Shown in pieces: positions 50,547-58,234 of a stretch of 64,000 nt of DNA. Position 1 is the first letter of the stretch. Each line of letters begins with the position of its first letter. Made by a program: the position numbers and the translations under genes. The notes under the pieces were generated by a model. It searched no databases, was not told the origin of the DNA, and saw nothing but the letters and a program-made list of their open reading frames with translations. Source of the stretch: an uncultured Acidobacteriota bacterium (GTDB taxonomy: Bacteria; Acidobacteriota; Vicinamibacteria; Vicinamibacterales; SCN-69-37); contig CAVVWN010000014.1 in assembly GCA_963752045.1 (NCBI GenBank), positions 332,033-396,032 on the forward strand. Direction: 5' to 3'.

Positions 50547-53212
50547 TGGCACGGAATCTGACGCTGGCCGGCCGGGTGTACCAACGCGTCTCGCGGCGGT
50601 TGATTCCGTCCCTCGACACACGGGACGCCACCGAAGCGGCGATGGTGTTCGACGAGCTGCGACGGGATGCCTCGGCGCGGTCGCTCCGATTATGGACAGC
50701 GGTCTGGTGGCGGGAAGTTCGCTCGATGCTGACGACTGCCCTCGACGAGCGCCGGCGGCAGTCCGGAGCGGCCTCTGGCGGCCGGATACCGACTCCGCCA
50801 ACCGGGCGGGGCGCTTCCCGACAGACGTGGCTTGGCGATCTCGTCGTCGATCTTCGATACGGCGCGCGGCACCTGCTACGATCGCCGGTCTTCACCGTGA
50901 CGGCAACGGCGTCGCTAGCCTTCGGCATCGCCATCGTCGTACTGGTGTTCAGTGCGGTCCACGGGATCCTGTGGAAACCGCTGCCCGTGGCCGAGCCTGA
51001 GCGGCTGGTCACGCTGTCGTACGGTCACACGCACGGCGTCTGGTCGTACCTTGACTTCGCCGACGCGACGAGTCGGTCGCCTGCGCTCGGCGCTGCCGCC
51101 GCGTTCTCGTCCTCGCCGGTCGTGGTCACCCTGCCCGGTTCGGGTCCACGTCAGATGCTGGGTGATGTCGTATCGACGTCGTTCTTCGACGTTGCAGGCA
51201 TCCCGCTCGCCGCCGGTCGCGGGTTTGCGCCAGACGATCCGGACGACGTCGCGATCATCGGCCATCGGATGTGGCTGCAGGCATTCGAGGGAGCGCCGAC
51301 CGCGCTGGGCCGTCGGGTCGAGGTTCAGGGCCGATCGCACCTCATCATCGGCGTCGCACCGGCGGGTTTCCAGTCCTTCGAGGCGCCAGTCGAGCCAGCC
51401 ATCTGGTTCCCGATCTCCCGCGAGCAGAGGGACCATCGGGGGTGGCGAAGCCTGCGCGCCATCGCTCGATTGGCTCCGGAAGCGACCATCGCACAGGCAC
51501 AGGCCCAACTCGATGCCGCCGCCAGGCAGCTGTTCGATGACGACCCGAGGCTCCACGGGGACGCGAGAGGCAACCCTCTGCCGATCAGGGCATTGCGGGA
51601 AACGGAAGGCCGGATCCCGGACGGGGACCGCGCCGCAGTGTTGGCCGGCGTATCGGGGGCGTTCGGCCTCACCGGGCTGATTCTGGCTCTGGCCGCGTCG
51701 AATGTCGCCAACCTGCTGCTCGGACGGTCGGCCCAGCGGCAACCGGAGATCGCGGTGCGTCTCGCACTCGGCTCCGGGCGTGGGCGCGTGGTCAGACAAC
51801 TCCTGGCGGAGAGCCTCCTTCTGGCCGCGGTTGCCGGTGCGATGGCGATGGTGATTGTCAGAGTTGGCTTGCTCGCCCTCTCAGGCAGCTTCGGACAGCT
51901 CGTGCCCGCGCCGGTTGCCCTGACGATCGACACGCAGGTTCTCGTGTTTGCGACTGGCGTCGTCATCGGATCGGGTTTGCTGTTCGGCCTGGCGCCGGCG
52001 CTGCATGCGTCGCGGTTCGACCTGATGTCGACGATCCGGCGGTCCGGCACGGACGTTGCGCGTCTCGGCCTGCGTCGGCTCGTTGTCAGCGTCCAGGTCG
52101 CCGGCGCCGTCGTCCTTGCTGTGGCGGCCCTGCTGTTCCTGCGCAGTCTGGGCCATGCGGTGAACCTCGACACCGGTTTCGACGCGACGGGCGTCAGCGT
52201 CGTGACGGTCGATCTCGAGCAACGTCAATACGAGCCGAGCCGGGCCCGCACGTTCTTCCAGGAAGCAACTGCCCGGCTGGTGGCCACGCCCGGTGTGTCC
52301 GCTGTCGTGTGGGCCCGCACGGTCCCGCTTTCGGGCAACGCCCTCGCGGTCGGTGAGGACGACATCGAGGGATACGAGCCTTTGTCTGGTGAGCCGGTTC
52401 GCATTGGCGCGAACGTGGTAACGCCTGGCTACTTCGAGATGCTTCGGATTCCCCTGCGAGCCGGCCGCGACTTCACCGCGGAGGACAGAGAGGGCGCTCC
52501 GCCGGTCGTCATCGTCAATGAGGCCGCGGCGGAACGCTTCTGGCCGGGAGAGGATCCGATTGGCAAGCGGATCGGCGAGCGGCGTGTGGTTGGCGTCGCC
52601 GCCAACATTCGCGCTGAGTCACTGAGCGACGTGAACCAGCCGTACATGTGGCAACCCCTCGACCAGTCTCGGCAAACGCAGCTCGTGGCCCACGTGCGGA
52701 CCGACGGCAATCCGGCCGTTGAAGCAGCGAGGCTCGCCCGCACGGTCACCGCTATCGACCCGGCACTCATCGTCGACGGCCGGTCGATGGCTGACGTCAC
52801 GGGCGCGGCGACGCTCGCTCAGCGGCTGCTCACGATCGTGTTCGGCGCTGCGGGACTGGCGGCCATGGGCCTGGCGATGATGGGAGTCTACGGCGTGATG
52901 GCCTACCTCATCAGCCTTCGGACCCGAGAAATGGGTGTGCGAATCGCGCTCGGTGCCGCGCCGGGCGTGCTCGTACGCCAGACCGTGCTGGAAGGGGCGC
53001 GCATGACGCTTGGTGGCGGCGCCGCTGGCACGGTCATCGCGGTCGTGTTGGCCTTCGCAGGCCGGGCGCTGCTCGTGGGCGTCCACCCCCTCGATCCCGT
53101 GGCATTTCTCGGCGCCGCGGGCCTGGTCTTCGCGGCCGCTATTGCCGCCACCTTCGTGCCGGCGCGACGGGCCTCACGAATCAGCCCGACCGTGGCGCTC
53201 CGCTACGACTGA
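50546..53212 (+). CDS. ADOP family duplicated FtsX-like permease (with permease-prefix domain)
   Basis: 888 aa. It has two MacB-like periplasmic domain + FtsX 4-TM modules, and its start overlaps the PadR stop (TGATG). Confidence 0.9.
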   Translation: MARNLTLAGRVYQRVSRRLIPSLDTRDATEAAMVFDELRRDASARSLRLWTAVWWREVRSMLTTALDERRRQSGAASGGRIPTPPTGRGASRQTWLGDLVVDLRYGARHLLRSPVFTVTATASLAFGIAIVVLVFSAVHGILWKPLPVAEPERLVTLSYGHTHGVWSYLDFADATSRSPALGAAAAFSSSPVVVTLPGSGPRQMLGDVVSTSFFDVAGIPLAAGRGFAPDDPDDVAIIGHRMWLQAFEGAPTALGRRVEVQGRSHLIIGVAPAGFQSFEAPVEPAIWFPISREQRDHRGWRSLRAIARLAPEATIAQAQAQLDAAARQLFDDDPRLHGDARGNPLPIRALRETEGRIPDGDRAAVLAGVSGAFGLTGLILALAASNVANLLLGRSAQRQPEIAVRLALGSGRGRVVRQLLAESLLLAAVAGAMAMVIVRVGLLALSGSFGQLVPAPVALTIDTQVLVFATGVVIGSGLLFGLAPALHASRFDLMSTIRRSGTDVARLGLRRLVVSVQVAGAVVLAVAALLFLRSLGHAVNLDTGFDATGVSVVTVDLEQRQYEPSRARTFFQEATARLVATPGVSAVVWARTVPLSGNALAVGEDDIEGYEPLSGEPVRIGANVVTPGYFEMLRIPLRAGRDFTAEDREGAPPVVIVNEAAAERFWPGEDPIGKRIGERRVVGVAANIRAESLSDVNQPYMWQPLDQSRQTQLVAHVRTDGNPAVEAARLARTVTAIDPALIVDGRSMADVTGAATLAQRLLTIVFGAAGLAAMGLAMMGVYGVMAYLISLRTREMGVRIALGAAPGVLVRQTVLEGARMTLGGGAAGTVIAVVLAFAGRALLVGVHPLDPVAFLGAAGLVFAAAIAATFVPARRASRISPTVALRYD

Positions 53213-53348
53213 CCCATATCGATGAATCGAATACGGGCGTGCGCCTCGTCGCTGCGAAGAAACGCGACGTGCAGCATACCCGGCAGGTTCACCTCGACAC
53301 CAGCCAGACGCGATAGAGTATCGACCTCAGAAGGTCGGAGGCCCCACC

Positions 53349-54161
53349 ATGAAACGACGAGACTTCATCATCTCCTCGGCGCTGGGATCGGCCGGGCTCA
53401 TGACGAGCGGCCTCCCGGCAGCCGGGCTCGACACGGCGACGGACGCAAGACAGCCGCAGGCGCGCGCCGGCGCCACGCGCAAGATCCTCATTGCCGGGGG
53501 AGGCTTCGGCACCGCGTTCATCCGGTACATGGCCGAGCTCACCGGCAAGCCGCGCCCAAAGGTGTGCTACCTGCCGACCGCATCGGCCGACTCGCCATCC
53601 GGCATCATCGGGTTCTACCGGAGCACGGCGCCACTCGACGTGGAGCCGTCACACCAGGAGAGCTTCATTGCCAGCACACGGCAGAGCCGCGGGTGGGACG
53701 AGGTCTTCCTCTCGGTCGACGCCATCGTCGTCTCCGGCGGTAACACGCTGAACCAGCAGGCGATCTGGAAGGCGCAGGGCATCGACGTGGTCCTGCGGCA
53801 GGCGTGGGACCGCGGCATCGTCCTCGGCGGCGCGAGCGCGGGCTCGCTCTGCTGGTTCGAGGAGGGCACGACCGATTCGCGGCCGAAGGAGCTGACGAAG
53901 GTCGAGTGCCTCGGATTCATCAAGGGCAGCCACTCGCCGCATTACGATGCCGAACCGGGCCGCCGGCCGCTGTACCAGAGGCTCATCGGCTCGGGCGAGA
54001 TGAAGCCCGGCTATGCGTGCGACAACAACGCCGGCATCTACTTCGAGGACAACGAGGTGAGGCGCGTGGTGGCCACGCGCGAAGGCTCGAAGGTCTACTA
54101 CGTCAGCGTCGTAGGCGGCCGCGTCGTCGAACGGGTGATGGAACCGGAGATGATCGTGTAG
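53349..54161 (+). CDS. S51 peptidase E-like (type 1 glutamine amidotransferase-like) protein with a Tat signal
   Basis: 270 aa. The Tat signal is MKRRDFIISSALGSAGLMTSGLPAAG. The family motifs are VVSGGNTLNQ and the GGASAGSLCWFE nucleophile region. Confidence 0.85.
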   Translation: MKRRDFIISSALGSAGLMTSGLPAAGLDTATDARQPQARAGATRKILIAGGGFGTAFIRYMAELTGKPRPKVCYLPTASADSPSGIIGFYRSTAPLDVEPSHQESFIASTRQSRGWDEVFLSVDAIVVSGGNTLNQQAIWKAQGIDVVLRQAWDRGIVLGGASAGSLCWFEEGTTDSRPKELTKVECLGFIKGSHSPHYDAEPGRRPLYQRLIGSGEMKPGYACDNNAGIYFEDNEVRRVVATREGSKVYYVSVVGGRVVERVMEPEMIV

Positions 54162-54176
54162 ACCTGCGTCGCCGTG

Positions 54177-54827
54177 TCAGCCGCGCGGCGCCCACTCGAG
54201 CCACCGCCCCCCGCCAAGCAGCGCCAACGCGCCGAAGACGACGACCGGCGCGTAGTGGGTCAGCAACTGGTGCCCGGCGTGCCAGTTCTCGCAGACGAAC
54301 TGCACGCCAAACGCACCCAGTGACAGGCCCGCGATCCCGGCGAGCCCGGCGGCCCATGAAAGACGAAGCGGTGCCGCCCGTCGCACCATCACGAAGAGCA
54401 CCCAGGCCGGCGGCGCGGCGATGATGGCGACCTTGGCGATGCAGAGCACCCAGGGCCAGGCAAGCGATCCGGCCATCACCCAGCCCTGACGGCCGACGAG
54501 CGCAACCATGACCGCGCTCCAGAGCGTGAGGAGCGCGACGGACAGCCATCGACCGAGAGGCCCGCGTTCGGCGCCCGGCACTCCCAGGATGAGGGCGGCC
54601 GAGGCGGCCGCGAGGCCGGTCGTCACGGCCAGCGCGCCGGTGAGCGCGAACCGCGGGTCGATCACGGCCGCCGCCAGATCGGCGCGCAGGCCGAAGGCGA
54701 GGACGCCGGCCCCCACGAACAGCATGGCAATCAGAAGCCAGCGTCCCAGGCGCGTTGCCGGCGGCGCGAGCGGCCGCACGGGCCTGGCGTCCGCTGCGAG
54801 CGCGGCGATGAGATTCTCAGTGTCCAC
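54177..54827 (-). CDS. nrsF: NrsF family (DUF1109) anti-sigma factor, multi-pass membrane protein
   Basis: The GTG 54827 start overlaps the sigma gene end by 11 nt. The sequence starts VDTENLIAALAADARPVRPL and is followed by six hydrophobic segments, the DUF1109 hallmark. Confidence 0.8.
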   Translation of the reverse strand: MDTENLIAALAADARPVRPLAPPATRLGRWLLIAMLFVGAGVLAFGLRADLAAAVIDPRFALTGALAVTTGLAAASAALILGVPGAERGPLGRWLSVALLTLWSAVMVALVGRQGWVMAGSLAWPWVLCIAKVAIIAAPPAWVLFVMVRRAAPLRLSWAAGLAGIAGLSLGAFGVQFVCENWHAGHQLLTHYAPVVVFGALALLGGGRWLEWAPRG

Positions 54828-55383
54828 GATGCGCCATCCCCAGCACTTTCTTGAGTGCACGATATCCGCGATGCGCGGCGACTTTCACAGCCGTCTCCGA
54901 CATGCCGAGCCGTTCGCTGGCTTCGCGGACGGTCTCGTGCCTGAACTTGAGCGCGTGCACCACGCGGCGCTGCTTCGGCGTGAGCGTCCGCATCGCCGCC
55001 TGCACGGCTTCCGGGTCCAGCACCGGCTGGCCGTGAGGGCCGGCCGGTCGGGCGGCGGCCGGCTCGACGAGCACGTCGCTTGCGACTTCCCGTGACCGAA
55101 TCCGCCGCTCCCGCCGGATGACGTCGATCATGCGGCTCGAGGCAATCGCATAGAACCAGGGCGCGAACGGGCGCGACCCGTCGAACGTGTGCCGCGCGCC
55201 GTGGACGGACACGAGCGTCTCCTGCACCGCATCGTCCACCCAGGGCGTGTCGCCGACGCGCCGGCGGACGTACTTCCGGGCAACCGACGCCAGGAGCGTG
55301 AGCAGCTCCGCATACGCGTGGGCGTCTCCCTCTTGTCCTCGCGCCATCAGGCGCGCCGACTCGCGTTCCTGGTCGTCGGTCAC
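54817..55383 (-). CDS. ECF-type RNA polymerase sigma factor (SigF/ECF16-like by its NrsF partner)
   Basis: 188 aa with a GTG start and a GAGGAG SD. Region 2 is DAVQETLVSVHGARHTFDGSRPFAPWFYAIA; region 4 is LTPKQRRVVHALKFRHETVREASERLGMSETAVKVAAHRG. Confidence 0.9.
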   Translation of the reverse strand: MTDDQERESARLMARGQEGDAHAYAELLTLLASVARKYVRRRVGDTPWVDDAVQETLVSVHGARHTFDGSRPFAPWFYAIASSRMIDVIRRERRIRSREVASDVLVEPAAARPAGPHGQPVLDPEAVQAAMRTLTPKQRRVVHALKFRHETVREASERLGMSETAVKVAAHRGYRALKKVLGMAHRGH

Positions 55384-55454
55384 GTTCTCCTCAGGCTACC
55401 AGCGAAACGTGCCGGCGCCACACGTCCGCGCCGTCTCGCGTCACGCCGTCGTTC

Positions 55455-56576
55455 CTACCTCGCCACCAGCCCGTTGGTCCCGGCCGGCAAGCCGCCGACC
55501 ATGCCAATCGGCTGCAGCTTCCCGTGCGGCAGGGCGCGAAATGCGGTGATCGTGTTCGCGCCGGCGCTGAGCGCGTACAGGTACTGATCGTTCACCGAGA
55601 AGGCCAGGTCGATGGGCGCCGAGCCGGCACCGGTGGGCGCGGTCGCGCCGTCGGCGTCAAGAAGCTCGAGCGTGCCGTCGGGCCGAATCCCGTAGCCGCT
55701 GATCGTGCTGCTGCCCGTGTTGGTGACGTACAGATAGCGGCCGCTCTTCGTGACGACGAGCCAGCACGCCGCCGTTTCCGTGTTCGGAACGACCGGGTGG
55801 AGCGACAGCAGCTGTCCGCTCGCGGAGAACTCGTACGACGACACCGTGCTTGCGTTCGGCGCGCCGCCCCAGGCCTCCGACACGAAGAGCTGGCCGCGCT
55901 GACCGAACGAGAACCCGAACGGCGTCGCGCCGCTCGACGCGTAGAAGGTACCGGCGCCCGCAATGCCCGTATCGCTCACCGGATAGACGCCGATCGTGTT
56001 CGGGCCTTTCTCGGTGACGACGAGCAGGCTGCCGTCCGGGCTGAACTCGATTTGCGCCGGAGCCGTCGACGTATTGCTGAGAGGCCGCGTCGAACCAGGG
56101 ATCGGTGTCAACCGACCGTCGCGCGACAGCCTGAAGCCGCTCAGGTTGTCGCTGTCGCCGATGCTGCCGCCGGCGTTGAGCACGTAGACCAGACGGCCGC
56201 TCGCGGCGATGCTCACCGGGCGCAGGCCTCCGGATCCGATGCGGTCGGTCACTTCCAGACCCTGCGCCGTCACGCGCAGCACCGAGACGTCGTGGCTGCC
56301 GGCGTTCACGACGAGCAGGAACTTGCCGTCGCTCGTCATGCGAAGACCGCCCTGATTGCCGAGGCCGGCCCCGGTTCCCGATCCGCCGGTGTCGAAGGCG
56401 CCTGCGAAGGTCAGGTCGCCGCTTGCCGCGCGATCGTACGCGAGAATCTGGTTGCCCGCCGCGCCGTTGGTCGCCGTGTACACGGCCCCCACCACCGCTC
56501 GGTCCTGGGTCGCAGACACGAGCGTACCGGCCACGAATACGAGCGCAGCAACTGCGCCAACGATGTTCCTCGTCAT
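55455..56576 (-). CDS. exported 7-bladed beta-propeller lactonase family protein
   Basis: ATG 56576 is preceded by GAGGAGG. The product is 373 aa with a signal peptide and repeated blade motifs (..SPDG..L.V.N.GS..IS.Y..). Confidence 0.85.
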   Translation of the reverse strand: MTRNIVGAVAALVFVAGTLVSATQDRAVVGAVYTATNGAAGNQILAYDRAASGDLTFAGAFDTGGSGTGAGLGNQGGLRMTSDGKFLLVVNAGSHDVSVLRVTAQGLEVTDRIGSGGLRPVSIAASGRLVYVLNAGGSIGDSDNLSGFRLSRDGRLTPIPGSTRPLSNTSTAPAQIEFSPDGSLLVVTEKGPNTIGVYPVSDTGIAGAGTFYASSGATPFGFSFGQRGQLFVSEAWGGAPNASTVSSYEFSASGQLLSLHPVVPNTETAACWLVVTKSGRYLYVTNTGSSTISGYGIRPDGTLELLDADGATAPTGAGSAPIDLAFSVNDQYLYALSAGANTITAFRALPHGKLQPIGMVGGLPAGTNGLVAR

Positions 56577-56616
56577 GAAGCCTCCTCTGACAGGACCGAA
56601 ATGGGTCATCCGGTCC

Positions 56617-56642
56617 TACGGAGGAGATGGCGGGACGGTTAC
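56617..56642 (-). promoter_or_regulatory. candidate ECF-type promoter GTAACC-N16-CGTA upstream of the lactonase-sigma-nrsF genes
   Basis: The minus strand reads ..aacGTAACCgtcccgccatctcctcCGTAgg.. The -10 element ends about 40 nt before ATG 56576. Confidence 0.4.
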
Positions 56643-56645
56643 GTT

Positions 56646-56680
56646 CTGGGCGCTAGGCGCTAGGCGCTGGGCGCTAGGCT
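56646..56680. repeat. heptanucleotide tandem repeat (CTRGGCG x5), intergenic
   Basis: The units read ctgggcg ctaggcg ctaggcg ctgggcg ctaggct. This is the same unit as 17103-17144. Confidence 0.7.
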
Positions 56681-56740
56681 GGGGCTGAGCTGTTGGGCGC
56701 GGGGCCGGGCGTATGCTTGACGGTACTGGAGGCGCGAGCC

Positions 56741-57853
56741 GTGACCGACATCTTCGAACTTACCGACGACCTTGGACCGGCAAAGGTCATCCATGTCTCG
56801 GAGCCCGCGCTCGGCCTGCGGGGCGTGCTCGTCGTCGACAACGTGGCCCGGGGACCGTCGATCGGCGGGCTGCGCATGGCGCCGGACGTGACGGTCAAGG
56901 AGTGCGCGCGGCTGGCCCGCGCGATGACGCTCAAGAACTCGGCCGCCGGCCTCGCCCACGGCGGCGGCAAGTCCGTGCTCTCGGGCGACCCCCGCATGCC
57001 GGGCGAGCGGAAGGAACGGCTCATTCGCGCCTTCGCGCACGCCCTCAGGAACGAAACCGACTACATCTTCGGGCCCGACATGGGCACCGACGAGACCTGC
57101 ATGGCGTGGGTGAAAGACGAGATCGGCCGCGCCGTCGGCCTTCCGGCGTCGATCGGCGGTATCCCGCTCGACGAGATTGGCGCGACCGGCTGGGGCCTGT
57201 CGCACGCGGCTGACGTGGCTGCGCCCTTCTGCGATCTGTCGCTCAGCGGCGCGCGCGTCGCCATTCAGGGCTTTGGCGCGGTCGGCAGACACGCGGCGCG
57301 CTTCCTCGTCGAACGGGGCGCGCGGCTCGTGGCCGCATCAGACTCGCGCGGAACCATCGTCGATGCGGCCGGCATCGATGTTCTCAGGCTGGCCGCAATC
57401 AAGGACGAGGGCGGATCCGTCGGCGACTACCCCGGCGCGTCGATGGAGGATGTGGACGCCATCATCGACGTCGAGTGCGACATCTGGATTCCGGCGGCGA
57501 GGCCCGACGTGATTCGAGAGGACAACGTGGCGCGGCTTCGTACGAAGCTCGTGCTGCAAGGCGCGAACATTCCGTTCACGATCGGCGCCGAGCGGACGCT
57601 GCACGAGCGCGGCGTGATCGTCGTGCCGGACTTCATCGCCAACGCCGGCGGTGTCATCGCGGCGGCCATGGAGTATCGCGGCGCCACCGAGTCGCAGGCG
57701 TTTCAGGTGATCGAGGAGAAGATTCGAGAGAACACCCGGGCCGTCCTCGAGCGGGCGAAGGAAACGAAGGCGCCGCCGCGGGAAGCCGCTGTTGCGCTCG
57801 CCGAATCCCGCGTCAGGGACGCGATGCGCTACCGCCGGTTCGGCGTGATGTGA
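56741..57853 (+). CDS. Glu/Leu/Phe/Val dehydrogenase family protein
   Basis: GTG 56741 has GGAGG 8 nt upstream. Motifs are RGPSIGGLRM, KNSAAGLAHGGGKSV and the NAD-binding GFGAVG. Confidence 0.9.
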   Translation: MTDIFELTDDLGPAKVIHVSEPALGLRGVLVVDNVARGPSIGGLRMAPDVTVKECARLARAMTLKNSAAGLAHGGGKSVLSGDPRMPGERKERLIRAFAHALRNETDYIFGPDMGTDETCMAWVKDEIGRAVGLPASIGGIPLDEIGATGWGLSHAADVAAPFCDLSLSGARVAIQGFGAVGRHAARFLVERGARLVAASDSRGTIVDAAGIDVLRLAAIKDEGGSVGDYPGASMEDVDAIIDVECDIWIPAARPDVIREDNVARLRTKLVLQGANIPFTIGAERTLHERGVIVVPDFIANAGGVIAAAMEYRGATESQAFQVIEEKIRENTRAVLERAKETKAPPREAAVALAESRVRDAMRYRRFGVM

Positions 57854-57955
57854 GGGCGTGTCCGCACGCGGAGCCCGTTCCGCCTGCCAAGCGCGACGGT
57901 CTTCTGCTCCCTTTGCCCTTCTACAGTCCGGGAGCGCCAGGCCGATACACCGAAC

Positions 57956-58171
57956 ATGAAGCGCATCACCAGCGACGTCGTCGACGTCCCTCCTCCCGTT
58001 CCGGCCCTCGACCGGCGGCGGACACCCGACCGCCGCACTGACTGGCGCGGCGGGCGGCGCGACAGCGACTGGCAGGACCGGCCAATCGGCGGCCTCGACC
58101 GGCTCGAGGAACGCAGGCGCCGCCGCGGCTCGCTCGTTCGGAAGGCCATGTCCGTCCTGAGCCTCTGGTAA
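57956..58171 (+). CDS. small Arg-rich hypothetical protein (71 aa)
   Basis: GC3 is high across the whole ORF. The sequence contains DRRRTPDRRTDWRGGRRDSDW. There is no clear SD and I recognise no family. Confidence 0.4.
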   Translation: MKRITSDVVDVPPPVPALDRRRTPDRRTDWRGGRRDSDWQDRPIGGLDRLEERRRRRGSLVRKAMSVLSLW

Positions 58172-58234
58172 CACACCCGCCGTCGTCCGGTCCGGGCCAC
58201 CAACCACCGGCCGGTGAGGCTCGTCTCATGTTCC

